From positions 432-64,431 of the forward strand of contig VFQY01000001.1 of the NCBI GenBank assembly GCA_018883425.1: a stretch of DNA of 64,000 bases. Reading direction: 5' to 3'. The stretch is from Candidatus Omnitrophota bacterium. Its GTDB lineage: Bacteria; Omnitrophota; Omnitrophia; Omnitrophales; Aquincolibacteriaceae. Within the stretch, counting starts at the first letter, position 1, and every line of letters starts with the position of its first letter. Position numbers and translations under genes: made by a program. The notes beneath the pieces were generated by a model that made no database searches, was not told the origin of the DNA, and worked only from the letters and a program-made list of their open reading frames with translations. Positions 10,857 to 20,799 of the stretch are shown here, piece by piece.

Positions 10857-12025
10857 AACGGCCTCTTGAGGTCTGCGCTCTGCAGGATTTCGAGAACTTT
10901 CTGAGCGACGAAGCCGGCATCTTCATCCGACATCCCGGGATAGATGGGCAGAGAAACAATTCTTTTGAAGCAGTCTGAGGTGTTGGGAAAATCTTCGGGC
11001 TTGAGCCCGAGTTTTTCCTGATAATACGGGTGTTCACTGAGCGGAATAAAATGGACGCTTGTTCCGATACCGGCAGAGCGCATCTTCTCCATGAATTCGT
11101 CGCGGCTGATCGAAAGCTTCTCGATCTCAAGCTTGATCACAAACAAATGCCAGGCATGCGACTCAAAACTGCCGCAAGCCGGTGTACGGAGAAGTTCACA
11201 GCCCCGGAAGGCCTCCAAATAGCTCGCCGCGATCCTCCGCCGCCTCTCGAGGAAGCGTGCGCTTTTTCGAAGCTGCTGAAGACCAATGGCTGCCTGAATA
11301 TCGCTCATATTATATTTTCGGCCGAGCGTCACCACATCGTAGCGCCAAGCGCCTGGATTTTGATAGCGCTTCCAGGCGTCGCGCGTAATCCCATGAAGGG
11401 AAAGCAGCCGCGCCCGCTCGATCACCTCATCATGAGGCGTCACCAGCATTCCTCCTTCACCCGTGGAAAGTGTCTTGGTCGCGTAGAAACTAAAACAAGT
11501 AGCATCGCCGAAAACGCCGACTTTTTTTCCTTCGTAAAGCGTTGGAAAACTGTGCGCGGCATCTTCCACCAGCTTCAAACTGTAGCGCTCTGCGATCCTC
11601 TTGATGGGATTCAGCTCACACGCCTGCCCCGCAAAGTGGACAGGCAAAATAGCCCGGGTCCGGGCGGTGATTTTTTCCTCGATTCTGTCAGCCAGAATGT
11701 TGAAGCTCTCAGGACTGCAATCCACATAAACCGGTTTAGCCTTGCAATAGAGAATGACCTCAGAAGTGGCGACAAAAGTAAAAGGGACCGTAATCACCTC
11801 GTCGCCCTCTTTGATCCCAAGAGCCTCGAGCGCTACGTGCATCGCTGCCGTCCCGCTATTGACGGCCAACGCGTGTTTGACCCCGATCTCGGCCGCAAAG
11901 GCCCGCTCGAAATCCCGGACTTTCGGCCCCGTCGTAATCCAACCGCTGCGGATCGTCTCCGTCACTTCGCGGATTTCTTCTTCTCCATACTCCGGTTTAT
12001 GAAATGGAATCTTAAGCTCTTCCAA
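10853..12025 (-). CDS. DegT/DnrJ/EryC1/StrS family sugar aminotransferase
   Basis: SGWITTGP, EDAAH, FSFYATKTLSTGEGG (PLP lysine); TTG start at 12025 follows a GAAGGGG SD. Confidence 0.9.
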   Translation of the reverse strand: MEELKIPFHKPEYGEEEIREVTETIRSGWITTGPKVRDFERAFAAEIGVKHALAVNSGTAAMHVALEALGIKEGDEVITVPFTFVATSEVILYCKAKPVYVDCSPESFNILADRIEEKITARTRAILPVHFAGQACELNPIKRIAERYSLKLVEDAAHSFPTLYEGKKVGVFGDATCFSFYATKTLSTGEGGMLVTPHDEVIERARLLSLHGITRDAWKRYQNPGAWRYDVVTLGRKYNMSDIQAAIGLQQLRKSARFLERRRRIAASYLEAFRGCELLRTPACGSFESHAWHLFVIKLEIEKLSISRDEFMEKMRSAGIGTSVHFIPLSEHPYYQEKLGLKPEDFPNTSDCFKRIVSLPIYPGMSDEDAGFVAQKVLEILQSADLKRPL

Positions 12026-13109
12026 AGCTGTCCCCTTCGGCAAGAAATTTTTCAAGGATAGAAACAATGCGCTCCGCTGCGCCGCCATCCCAAAGAGGGA
12101 TAGCTGTCGGAACAGGCCGCGGCTCTTCCAGGATCCTGAAAGCCTGCTCAATGATTTTCTTTTCATGGACAGCGCAGAGCCGGTTTGTTCCCTGAGTCAA
12201 AGTCACCGGCCTTTCGGTATTCTTTCGCAGAGTGATGCAGGGGACAGCCAAAGCTGAAGTTTCCTCCTGCAGTCCTCCCGAGTCCGTCATCACGAAGGCG
12301 GATCCGGCCGTCAGCGAGAGAAAGTCGAGATACCCCAGCGGTTCCGTCAGCGTTACCCCCGACCATTCAGCTCCGAGGACTTCGATGCGCTGAAGTGTCC
12401 GCGGGTGAATGGGAAACACAACGGGGATCCGGGATGCAATTTGACAGACCGCACGGTTCAACTCAAGAAGCGTTGAGGGCCGATCGACATTCTCAGGACG
12501 ATGCAGAGTCAAAAGAGCGTAAGATTTCTCCCGAAAACCGTACCTCTCCCAAGCCCTTCTCGTCAGGGCTTTTTCGAGCCCCCGAATCAGGCTGTCGATC
12601 ATGGTATTGCCGCTATCGAATATCTTAGCCGCGTCAACACCTTCGCGGAGTAAATTTTTCCGCGCACTCGGCTCCGTGGCAAAGAGCAGCGACGAGAGGT
12701 GATCCGTAATAACCCGGTTGATTTCCTCCGGCATAGCTCGATCAAAAGATCTCAAACCTGACTCGATATGAGCAACAGGTACTTGCATTTTTGCCGCCGT
12801 CCAAGCACAGGCGGCTGTCGAATTCACATCGCCGGCAACAATCACAATTCGGGGCTCGGCTTGAGCGCAGACGGGTTCAAAGGCCTTCATGATCTCTGCT
12901 GTTTGAGATGCATGCGAACCCGAGCCGGCACCCAAATTCATATCCGGCTTCTGCAAATCGAGATCCCGAAAAAAAACATCCGACATCTCGGGGGAGTAAT
13001 GCTGTCCCGTATGAACAAGCATATGCGGAAGTTTCCTGCGGCTGATCTCGCGGACTACCGGGGCCATTTTGACAAAGTTGGGACGGGCACCGACAACCGA
13101 TAGGATCAT
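12012..13109 (-). CDS. wecB: UDP-N-acetylglucosamine 2-epimerase (non-hydrolysing)
   Basis: GARPNFVK, HTGQHY, GDVNST, HIESGLRS, PEEINR, DSGGLQEE. Confidence 0.92.
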   Translation of the reverse strand: MILSVVGARPNFVKMAPVVREISRRKLPHMLVHTGQHYSPEMSDVFFRDLDLQKPDMNLGAGSGSHASQTAEIMKAFEPVCAQAEPRIVIVAGDVNSTAACAWTAAKMQVPVAHIESGLRSFDRAMPEEINRVITDHLSSLLFATEPSARKNLLREGVDAAKIFDSGNTMIDSLIRGLEKALTRRAWERYGFREKSYALLTLHRPENVDRPSTLLELNRAVCQIASRIPVVFPIHPRTLQRIEVLGAEWSGVTLTEPLGYLDFLSLTAGSAFVMTDSGGLQEETSALAVPCITLRKNTERPVTLTQGTNRLCAVHEKKIIEQAFRILEEPRPVPTAIPLWDGGAAERIVSILEKFLAEGDSFGRA

Positions 13110-14335
13110 GACGGCACCGGACTGATCAGCATATGGATGAATTCTTCCTGGATCTTTCTTCGGTCATAACGTTTTTTAACTTCAGCTTTGCCGGCATCAC
13201 CCATGGTCTTACGCAATCCTGCATCGCGGGACAAGACCTCCACGGCCTCGACAAACTGCTCGGTATCTTTGGGTTTGACCACAATACCGCAGCCGCAGCC
13301 TCTGACAATACCTGCAGCTTCCCCCTCTGCCGCCAAAATGACGGGTTTAGCCGCAGCCATCGCTTCATAGAGCTTGGATGGAACAGCTCCTGGTAGAGTT
13401 CCAAGCAGGGGAACCATGAGAATATCGGCCGCCGCGAGCATTTCAGGAACTCTGTCGTACGGTCTTCCATCAAAAAAAGACACATTTTTAAGGTCTCTAT
13501 CTTTCGCCAGCTTTATCAATGCCGATTTTGCGGGCCCGTCACCGGCAAGAACATAATGGACCGGAAGATGCCGGGTTCGGGATGCCGACTCCAGTATTTG
13601 TTCCAACCCCTGCGCCAGACCGTGAAGGCCGGCGTAAAGAGCAAGACACGGTTTTTGAGGATGGTTCGGGATTCCCGGAAAGACCTCTTGGCGCCGGGCC
13701 GCCGGGAGAAGATCGAACTTTTCGAGATCCGCCCCATTAGAGAAAAGTGCTGTTCTCACTCCGGGAAACCTCGATGAGATGTCAGCAATAATCTCCCGCG
13801 ACTGTCCTGTCACCAGCCAGGCCCTTTGGTAGAAAAAGGCTTCCATCAGACTGCATGCATGAAAAACAGGACCGCCCGCGCGGAGCTTACCGAGCCGAAC
13901 GGCGGAGTCCGGCCAAAGGTCTGACACATTGAAAATCCAGCGGGCACGCTTCCATCGGCTGAGAAGAAATCCGCTGATTCCAAGGAAAAGAGGCGGACTT
14001 TCTGTAAAAAAATAATCGGCTTTCGGCAGGAAAAAAATGCCGTAGACAAACGACGCCAAAACAAACGAGAAATAATTGAAAAGTCTTTTCAGCAGACCCT
14101 CGCTCTGTGCAGGATAAATAGGCGTTCGAATCACCTGAACACCCCGAACATCCTCCTTGCGGAAAAACCCGCCGTAGCCCGGATAAATCCTTCCCTCCGG
14201 ATAGCTCGGCATCGCTGTCAGCACAGTCACCGAATGGCCGCGCAGAACGAAGGCCTCCGCCAAGCTCGAAAGTCTGGCCTGCGGGGCCCCTTTCTCCGGC
14301 GGATAATACTGTGTGTGAAGGATAATCTTCATCAT
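13106..14335 (-). CDS. Glycosyltransferase family 4 (WbuB-like)
   Basis: TQYYPPE, SPPLF, DLWP, PSKLYEAMAAAKP. Confidence 0.88.
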   Translation of the reverse strand: MMKIILHTQYYPPEKGAPQARLSSLAEAFVLRGHSVTVLTAMPSYPEGRIYPGYGGFFRKEDVRGVQVIRTPIYPAQSEGLLKRLFNYFSFVLASFVYGIFFLPKADYFFTESPPLFLGISGFLLSRWKRARWIFNVSDLWPDSAVRLGKLRAGGPVFHACSLMEAFFYQRAWLVTGQSREIIADISSRFPGVRTALFSNGADLEKFDLLPAARRQEVFPGIPNHPQKPCLALYAGLHGLAQGLEQILESASRTRHLPVHYVLAGDGPAKSALIKLAKDRDLKNVSFFDGRPYDRVPEMLAAADILMVPLLGTLPGAVPSKLYEAMAAAKPVILAAEGEAAGIVRGCGCGIVVKPKDTEQFVEAVEVLSRDAGLRKTMGDAGKAEVKKRYDRRKIQEEFIHMLISPVPS

Positions 14336-14443
14336 CGAGTGCGCCTCTCTCCTTCTTTTTAGTGCGCGAAAATAGACATTTCTTAATGACGAGCCTTGAT
14401 CAAACTGTCCCCCCCTGAAAATGACCGTAAATCCCGCGAGGCG

Positions 14444-14497
14444 AAAAATAGCATCCGGGAGCAGACCCCCCGAAGGTTCCGCATGCGCCCCCGGATG
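14444..14497 (-). terminator. GC-rich hairpin with short U-tract inside the glycan locus (terminator or attenuator candidate)
   Basis: Minus strand CATCCGGGGGCG...TGCTCCCGGATG stem (12 bp including G-U pairs) followed by CTATTTTT, in a 287-bp gap between co-oriented genes. Confidence 0.45.
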
Positions 14498-14622
14498 GGA
14501 GTTTTTTCTCCACTCCTTTCCGGAAAGCTTAGGCTTTCATCGACTCAGGGAACAGCCGCCTTGATTTCCGGGCGTTTCGCAAGCTGTCACGATTCAGAAG
14601 ATCCCCGGAGGACCTAAACACT

Positions 14623-15252
14623 TCATAACTTCTTCGTCATCAAAAGACCCTGGCCGCCGTCGTCGACGGCGCCGCTCAAGACCCACCCGAGCTTTCTATG
14701 AAAAAATAACGCCTGATGATTATTCTTATCCACAGACAGGTGCATCTGTTTTTTTCCCCTGTGCCTAGCCTCTTTCGCAAGCTCACCCATAAGACGCCGG
14801 CCCAAACCTGTGCGCTGAAACTCAGGATCCACCGCAAGCACTAGGACGCCGAAACTGTCTTCGCATATAGAAAACCGAGGTTTCGTATCACGTTTCCCCA
14901 ACAGCCGTATCAAAGGGGCAAGGACCTTCCGTAAAAATCGAGCCTGAACCCATGCGCGGGGACTTACGAGCAAGCGGCAAAAAAGAAATCGTCGATTTTT
15001 TTTGACGAAACCGCTCACTGCGCCTTTAAAAGCGCCTCCCATGGCATATGCGGCTAATTTTCCGTCCGACGAAATTCCCACCGAAAAACATTCATGCGGT
15101 CCCGTCAGAAGCCAACGATAATAACGCCGCACGGCCTCAACGCCCAAGAGAGTCAGAAAGCTGTCCGGAAAAGCCCTCCTATGGAGACGCGCCGCTTTGT
15201 CCGCATCTTCACCACCCAGTCGGAATAAGGAGAGAGAGGTCTGTGGAGTCAT
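14623..15252 (-). CDS. GNAT family N-acyltransferase
   Basis: LAVDPEFQRTGLGRRL acyl-CoA motif A; N..A..F..KLGW. Confidence 0.85.
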   Translation of the reverse strand: MTPQTSLSLFRLGGEDADKAARLHRRAFPDSFLTLLGVEAVRRYYRWLLTGPHECFSVGISSDGKLAAYAMGGAFKGAVSGFVKKNRRFLFCRLLVSPRAWVQARFLRKVLAPLIRLLGKRDTKPRFSICEDSFGVLVLAVDPEFQRTGLGRRLMGELAKEARHRGKKQMHLSVDKNNHQALFFHRKLGWVLSGAVDDGGQGLLMTKKL

Positions 15253-16658
15253 AACTTGTCTGAAGGAGCCTCATCCTTTGACATGCGGCTGATCACTGCG
15301 CGGAATTTGCCGTTCGAACCGCGGGGAATAAGCCGGCTGTATTGGATCTGGATCAGAGCCGGTCCGGTGAGGTTCTTCATGCGTTGAATCACGGCTTGTT
15401 CCTCCTCTGCAGAAAGGGGTCTCGAACAATTCATAACAACGCTGAAGACATCCAATTTTTCCTGAACAATCTGAGATTCCCGGACAGGGAGACCGGAAAA
15501 AACGGGGTTGAAATACCAGACCTTGCGGCCGTCCCTGAGGCTGAGAACATCGTGTTTGCGGCCATCGAAAGCTCGTATTGCTGGAAGCTTTCTACCGCAG
15601 GCGCAGGGCGGGGCATCTTCCGGGGCCAGACTCAGCCTATCGCCCGTTTCATAGCGAATCAACGGCATGTCGCGATGAATAAAACCTGTTGTGATCAGCT
15701 CGCCGATCTGACCTGCTGGCACATGGACCCCTTGTTCCAAGACTTCCAGATAACCCGTTTCGGGCCACAGATGCAAAACACCCTTCTCGCATTCTCCCGC
15801 GGCGGCGCCCATTTCTGACATCCCGTAGGTTTCCCGGACAGGGCATCGGAAAGCTTTTTCCATAGCCGCCTTTTGCGACGGACTGACAGGCTCTGCGTTG
15901 GTTATCACAACCTTCAGCGGAGGCACCGTCAAATTGCGCTCAAGAATTTCACAGGCTAAAAAATGCAATGCTGAGGTATAACCCAGCAGATAAACAGCCC
16001 GGCATTTGCGGACCGCTTCCAGACATTCCGGGATGAATTCAGGAAATAGGTGATAACAGGAGATATAGAGCTGATTCGAGCCGGCGTTCCAAACCCAGAA
16101 AGGAGGCTTTCGAGCAGCGGGCCCAACGATCTTCTGGGCTCCTATAATCGCCCATCGATCATGACGCGAGACTCCGTACCACCTCCTCCAGCGCGCCTCA
16201 AACAAAGCATACCACTCCCGCAAGGTATCGCGGCTTTGCCAAAGTTTGAGGGGAGTCCCTGTCGTTCCGCCGGTCGACTCAAGATAAAGTGTTTCTCTCC
16301 GGCCGGATTCTCTGAGAAAAGCCTGAGGATTTGAGCGCACCTCCTCTTTCGAAAGGGTGGGCCAGTTCTGCAAATCTCTCCAATCCGACAGATCTCCCTG
16401 TTTTCTTCTCGACTCCCACATCGCTCGGTAGTAGGGTACTTTCCTGGCCGCATCCTCCAAAAAATCGGGAAGTTTCTCATCCCTCCAAGCTTTCCATTGC
16501 GACGCATCCCAAAACTCTCTCTCAAGCGCTTCAGCAACCAACCTCTCGGTTTCCGGCCCGTAACGAAGCATCCTGAGATGGTATCCCCAAAGACTCGCGC
16601 CAAGGCATCGGAAAGTATACGGCAGCGCTTGATAAATACAGGTCACCCGAGAATTCAT
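15249..16658 (-). CDS. Phenylacetate-CoA ligase family protein (CapK-like)
   Basis: STGGTTGTP P-loop, YGMSE, PLIRYETGD, GRKHD, NGKFR; ATGA overlaps at both ends. Confidence 0.85.
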   Translation of the reverse strand: MNSRVTCIYQALPYTFRCLGASLWGYHLRMLRYGPETERLVAEALEREFWDASQWKAWRDEKLPDFLEDAARKVPYYRAMWESRRKQGDLSDWRDLQNWPTLSKEEVRSNPQAFLRESGRRETLYLESTGGTTGTPLKLWQSRDTLREWYALFEARWRRWYGVSRHDRWAIIGAQKIVGPAARKPPFWVWNAGSNQLYISCYHLFPEFIPECLEAVRKCRAVYLLGYTSALHFLACEILERNLTVPPLKVVITNAEPVSPSQKAAMEKAFRCPVRETYGMSEMGAAAGECEKGVLHLWPETGYLEVLEQGVHVPAGQIGELITTGFIHRDMPLIRYETGDRLSLAPEDAPPCACGRKLPAIRAFDGRKHDVLSLRDGRKVWYFNPVFSGLPVRESQIVQEKLDVFSVVMNCSRPLSAEEEQAVIQRMKNLTGPALIQIQYSRLIPRGSNGKFRAVISRMSKDEAPSDKL

Positions 16659-17746
16659 CGTTCCATACCCTCTTTCCCCGTGAGAAGAATTTTTTCCCAT
16701 TCCGGAAGAATAGAATCCCAACCGAATCGTTCAGCGTTAACTCTCGCTTCACGCGAAAACCGGACTGCAAGCTCCGGCTGACACAGCAGCTGCTTGACAG
16801 CTTCTGCAGCCCCTTTCGGATCTCCCGGGTTAAATAAAAGCGCGTTCTTTCCTGCCTCCCAGATTCTAGGGATTTCCCCCGCGTTCGAGCTAACGATGCA
16901 AAGACCGCTCGCCGCAGCTTCCATGACAGAAACGCCGAAGCTTTCAAGGGTTGTGGTATTGAGAAAAATGTCATGCTCTTGGAAGAGTTCGGGAAGTTTT
17001 GCATTAGGGATTCCTCCGCAAAGACGGACCGCCTTCTCTAGCCCAAGCTCGCGAATCGTCTGAAGAACTTTCCGGAACGTTCCATCTCCGGTGTCCGGAC
17101 CCGCCATGGTGAGCACTGCTTCAGGGAAGTCCTGGAGAATCAGCGCCAGAGTAGTCAAAGCAGTTTGAGGATCATAAATTTTATGGAAAGCTCGAACCCA
17201 ACAAAGCCGGGGACGCGGGCTCCGCCTTGAATGAAAAAAAAACTTTTTTAAATCGATGCCGTTCGGCAGGTACTCGATTTCGATCCCCGGGCAGCTCAGA
17301 GAATCCCTAAGATGGTAGGATGGACAAATTACCCGCTCTGCTTGGATTAGAAACCGTTTGAATTTTTTTTCAAAATGCCCTGCAAACGCAGGCAGATCCC
17401 CTCCATGCAGAGCTGCGACATAGGGTTTTCGAAGCACCCTCAGAAGAAAACCAGCTGCCTCGGCCCAATAAAAGGCTCTTCCGCTGTACACCAGAATGAC
17501 CGCTTTGTCATAAGCACCGCGGGAAAACACAATAGCGCACGCCATGCTAAGTGCGCGGATCCACCGAGTTTTGAAAACAGAGGCTCGGGAAACTCTCCAA
17601 CCCCGGGAGGACAGCCGCGACAAGAGATCTTCATAGGGGGATTTGATGGGCGATGCCTTGATGAAATTCCCGATAAAGAGCACCCGCTTTCCACTTTCTC
17701 GTTCCCCGAGAGTTTTGTCAGGCATATCTGCCTTCTTCCCTATCAA
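16655..17746 (-). CDS. Glycosyltransferase family 4
   Basis: LHGG, PNGID, ESFGVSVMEAAASG. Confidence 0.88.
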   Translation of the reverse strand: MIGKKADMPDKTLGERESGKRVLFIGNFIKASPIKSPYEDLLSRLSSRGWRVSRASVFKTRWIRALSMACAIVFSRGAYDKAVILVYSGRAFYWAEAAGFLLRVLRKPYVAALHGGDLPAFAGHFEKKFKRFLIQAERVICPSYHLRDSLSCPGIEIEYLPNGIDLKKFFFHSRRSPRPRLCWVRAFHKIYDPQTALTTLALILQDFPEAVLTMAGPDTGDGTFRKVLQTIRELGLEKAVRLCGGIPNAKLPELFQEHDIFLNTTTLESFGVSVMEAAASGLCIVSSNAGEIPRIWEAGKNALLFNPGDPKGAAEAVKQLLCQPELAVRFSREARVNAERFGWDSILPEWEKILLTGKEGMER

Positions 17747-18288
17747 GGTTCGTCATCGTGAACTTCCTTCACGGCCCTGGCTGAAACGCCGGCATCGAGC
17801 GTATTATCAGGACTCTTGCCGGCAGTTGCGCAGGAATTTTCGGCCAAAATGCATCCGGCCCCAATAACCGCCCCATCGAGAACAGAGGCATGAGTCCCAA
17901 CCCATGTACCGCGTCCGATACGAATGGGCCGGGCAATAACCTTCCCTTTTCGGAACGAACCGCTTTTTCGTGTGTGCCTCCCGCTCGCCACGACAGCATA
18001 AGGCGAGATCATCACGTCATCTTCGATACACACGTCATGATTTGCAAGGATCACCACCCCATAGGCAAGATAAACGTCCTGGCCCAGATGAATTCGAGAG
18101 GGTTGATAAAATGATACATACCGCCCCAAAACGAGCCGGGGCCCGAATTCAGCAGAAAAGAAAGATGCCAACCAACCCCGAAAACGCATCAAGGAAGCTC
18201 GGTCCGGCATCCATGCGCAAAGAAAAAGAACCGTACGAAGCGGCCAATCATGACGTAATTGAATCCGAAAATTACGCACCCTGTTCAC
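17743..18288 (-). CDS. Hexapeptide-repeat (LbH) acyltransferase, degenerate C-terminus
   Basis: IHLGQDVYL, IEDDVMISP, IRIGRGTWVG, GAVIGAGCI repeats. Confidence 0.75.
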   Translation of the reverse strand: MNRVRNFRIQLRHDWPLRTVLFLCAWMPDRASLMRFRGWLASFFSAEFGPRLVLGRYVSFYQPSRIHLGQDVYLAYGVVILANHDVCIEDDVMISPYAVVASGRHTRKSGSFRKGKVIARPIRIGRGTWVGTHASVLDGAVIGAGCILAENSCATAGKSPDNTLDAGVSARAVKEVHDDEP

Positions 18289-19447
18289 CTCTCCAAAGCT
18301 GAAGATGTTCGGCCATCATCTCAACTTGACGATCAATCACAACGCTGCGCGCCAAATCGAAACCCGATCGGATCATCTGCATTCTGCTCTCAGAATCACC
18401 CATGAGGTCGAGCAGCGCCTCTGCAATATCGTGAGGCATCTGAGGGGGGACGATCCTTAAGGCCTTTGCGGCATATTCAGAAATCGACCCCACGTCTGTC
18501 GCAATCACAGGAAGCCCTTGCGAGAACGCCTCACTGATTGCACGGGGGAAACCTTCCGAAGAACGTGAAGCGGTCACAAAAAAATCCGCCTCCCGATAAT
18601 AGTTCCAAAGCTGCGGCCCAAGGGGAACATACCCGTGATAAAAAACCCGCTCTGAAACACCTGCATCTCGGGCTCTTCCAAAGACCCTCTCCAAAACCCT
18701 ATCCCGAGGATCTAGCGGGCCAACGAGATCCCATCGAACAGAAACACCTTTATTCGAGAGAAGAATCACCGCTTCGAGAACATCCTCGAGGCCTTTTGCG
18801 CTATCCATGCGGCCGGTATAGAGAAGCCTGATAACTTGCCCCCGGCAAGTGTCTTCCCGGTAAAAAAAATCGTTTTCCCCAAACGTGCTCGTCCGAACTT
18901 CTACTAATTTCGCAGCGACACCTTCCAACTGATGAAAGAGCGGACGATTGTTCACAAACGTTAAGGCCCGGCGGCAAAGTTTATTTTGCTGACTTCGGTT
19001 CCATCGGCTCCACATTGAAATCCCTAGCCGTTTTAATCCCGAACAGGCAAGGCTTGAGATCCCTTTTTCGTAATCCCCAACAAGCAGCAAGGCCAGCGGG
19101 ATGTGAGGGGCTCGGCTTGCAAGGGCTTTTAAAAGCGGGGAGGGGCCCCGGAGCAGCAATAAGTCAACCTCTCGGAGCTGCTGCCTGACCCTCCCCGCGA
19201 TTTGATGGCCGAAAAGAATCTGAAGGATTGCGCGCTGATGCTCCCCCAGGCTGCACAAGCTCACATTCCGAGCCTTGATTCTGCAATCCATCATCGCCGC
19301 CTCCCCGGACGCAGGCGAGGGCATAAAGCAGACGATCCTCTCGAAATGTCTCGCAAGCCTTTCCACAAAAACCGCCTGATAACCCGGCATATAGAGGCCG
19401 TCCTGTTTCCTCAGAGCCGGCAGATGGTAGTAATAACCCAGCTTCAT
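18272..19447 (-). CDS. Glycosyltransferase family 4
   Basis: YTGRMDSAKG, SEGFPRAISEAFSQGLPVIATDVG; start at ATG 19447 (ATGA overlap). Confidence 0.85.
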   Translation of the reverse strand: MKLGYYYHLPALRKQDGLYMPGYQAVFVERLARHFERIVCFMPSPASGEAAMMDCRIKARNVSLCSLGEHQRAILQILFGHQIAGRVRQQLREVDLLLLRGPSPLLKALASRAPHIPLALLLVGDYEKGISSLACSGLKRLGISMWSRWNRSQQNKLCRRALTFVNNRPLFHQLEGVAAKLVEVRTSTFGENDFFYREDTCRGQVIRLLYTGRMDSAKGLEDVLEAVILLSNKGVSVRWDLVGPLDPRDRVLERVFGRARDAGVSERVFYHGYVPLGPQLWNYYREADFFVTASRSSEGFPRAISEAFSQGLPVIATDVGSISEYAAKALRIVPPQMPHDIAEALLDLMGDSESRMQMIRSGFDLARSVVIDRQVEMMAEHLQLWRGEQGA

Positions 19448-20799
19448 AGGACAACCGCTCTTTCGGTTACTTGCCCCTCGGAGCTTCTCTGCGTCCTGAG
19501 AAATCGGCGGATATTTGCAGAGGTTACGATCATGCCCGCAACAAGACCGTACTTGAGCCAGGGCATTGTCCCGGTCAAACCCGCGAGCGACCAGAGATGA
19601 ATCGACATTGCGATAAAACTGGCATAAAGGGCTGCTGCCCAATAGTGCTTGCGGCGAGTCATGAAAACCGCTGCGCTATACCCCCTCCCTAAGAACAGCA
19701 CAAGAAGTGTGAGGTAGGGAAGGCCCCCAGCCAACCCTGTTTCGGCAAAAAATTGCATGTAAGCGTTATGCGAGGATTTGCTCTCAAACTTCTGCGATGA
19801 AAAATGACGAAGCGCCCTCGGCATTTCAAGCTCAACTCTCGTGAAGCGAAAGCGGCCGGGTCCACACCCCCACAAGGGATGTTTCTGCATAATCTTTATC
19901 GCTTTCTGGATCATCACCTTTCTAATTTGATACGACTTGTCCTGATCCAGGCTTTCGAGAGTCGAAAATCGCGAGACAAAACGCTCACGAACCTCCTGCG
20001 GCGCAGCTCTTGAAAAAATCCCCATCAAACCGCCAAGCAGCACAAGAAATAGAGCTGCTTTGAAGATGCCCCTTCCCTTTTTGGGATCTGCTGCGGCGCA
20101 AATCCATCCAAACACCGCAAACGATGCCGCAATAGCAATCCAGGAGGACCGGGAACCATTCATGAGAACGACAGCCAAAACAATGCCTAGCCCTAAAATC
20201 GCGAGCATCCTTTTTCGCGCTTCAGCTTGCATGAGAAATCCCGCGATGAAAACCGTATTGGCCGAAAAAATAAACGCGTACTCATTTTGAGTCATAAACT
20301 TCAATTCCATCCAAGCCCCGTAACTTCCGTATCGGATAGCCTCATAGAGCCTCACGAGTGCCAGCAGGAAAACGCTGAGCGAAAAAACTCCAGCCGTCAG
20401 CGGAAAAATCCAGGGTCGAAGAGACGCGAACAAAAGCGTCGTCACAAAAACAATCAGCCAGTAGGTGCAGCGGATGAGAACGATCATTTCGGTTTTTCCA
20501 AAGGAACTGCCGCTGCTGGATAACCCATTCACGAGAGCGCTGAAAAAGAAACCAGCACCCAGCCAGAGCGCCAGCCTGATCCATCCGCCCGCACGGATAT
20601 CTACCCGGCGGCGAGCCTTCAAAAAAACGTCCATAAAAAGGAGATAAAAAAGAATGGCTGACAGCGAGAGCCCTACAAAAGGAAGCTCAAGGAAAGGCAG
20701 CACCGTGTAGCCTGCGGCCAAAGCAAAAACTTTGGCTGACCAAGGAATTTTTTTAGACTCTCTAAAACAAGGGTCGAAACCCGGGGCAGCCCTCATCAC
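19444..20799 (-). CDS. O-antigen ligase/polymerase (Wzy_C/WaaL-like) membrane protein
   Basis: Many hydrophobic segments, GSRSSW, HPLWGCGPG, SHNAYMQFFAETGLAG. Confidence 0.85.
   Translation of the reverse strand: MMRAAPGFDPCFRESKKIPWSAKVFALAAGYTVLPFLELPFVGLSLSAILFYLLFMDVFLKARRRVDIRAGGWIRLALWLGAGFFFSALVNGLSSSGSSFGKTEMIVLIRCTYWLIVFVTTLLFASLRPWIFPLTAGVFSLSVFLLALVRLYEAIRYGSYGAWMELKFMTQNEYAFIFSANTVFIAGFLMQAEARKRMLAILGLGIVLAVVLMNGSRSSWIAIAASFAVFGWICAAADPKKGRGIFKAALFLVLLGGLMGIFSRAAPQEVRERFVSRFSTLESLDQDKSYQIRKVMIQKAIKIMQKHPLWGCGPGRFRFTRVELEMPRALRHFSSQKFESKSSHNAYMQFFAETGLAGGLPYLTLLVLFLGRGYSAAVFMTRRKHYWAAALYASFIAMSIHLWSLAGLTGTMPWLKYGLVAGMIVTSANIRRFLRTQRSSEGQVTERAVVL

Noticed and set aside
11030-12061. 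343-aa plus-strand ORF
   Set aside because: Antisense shadow of the DegT gene.
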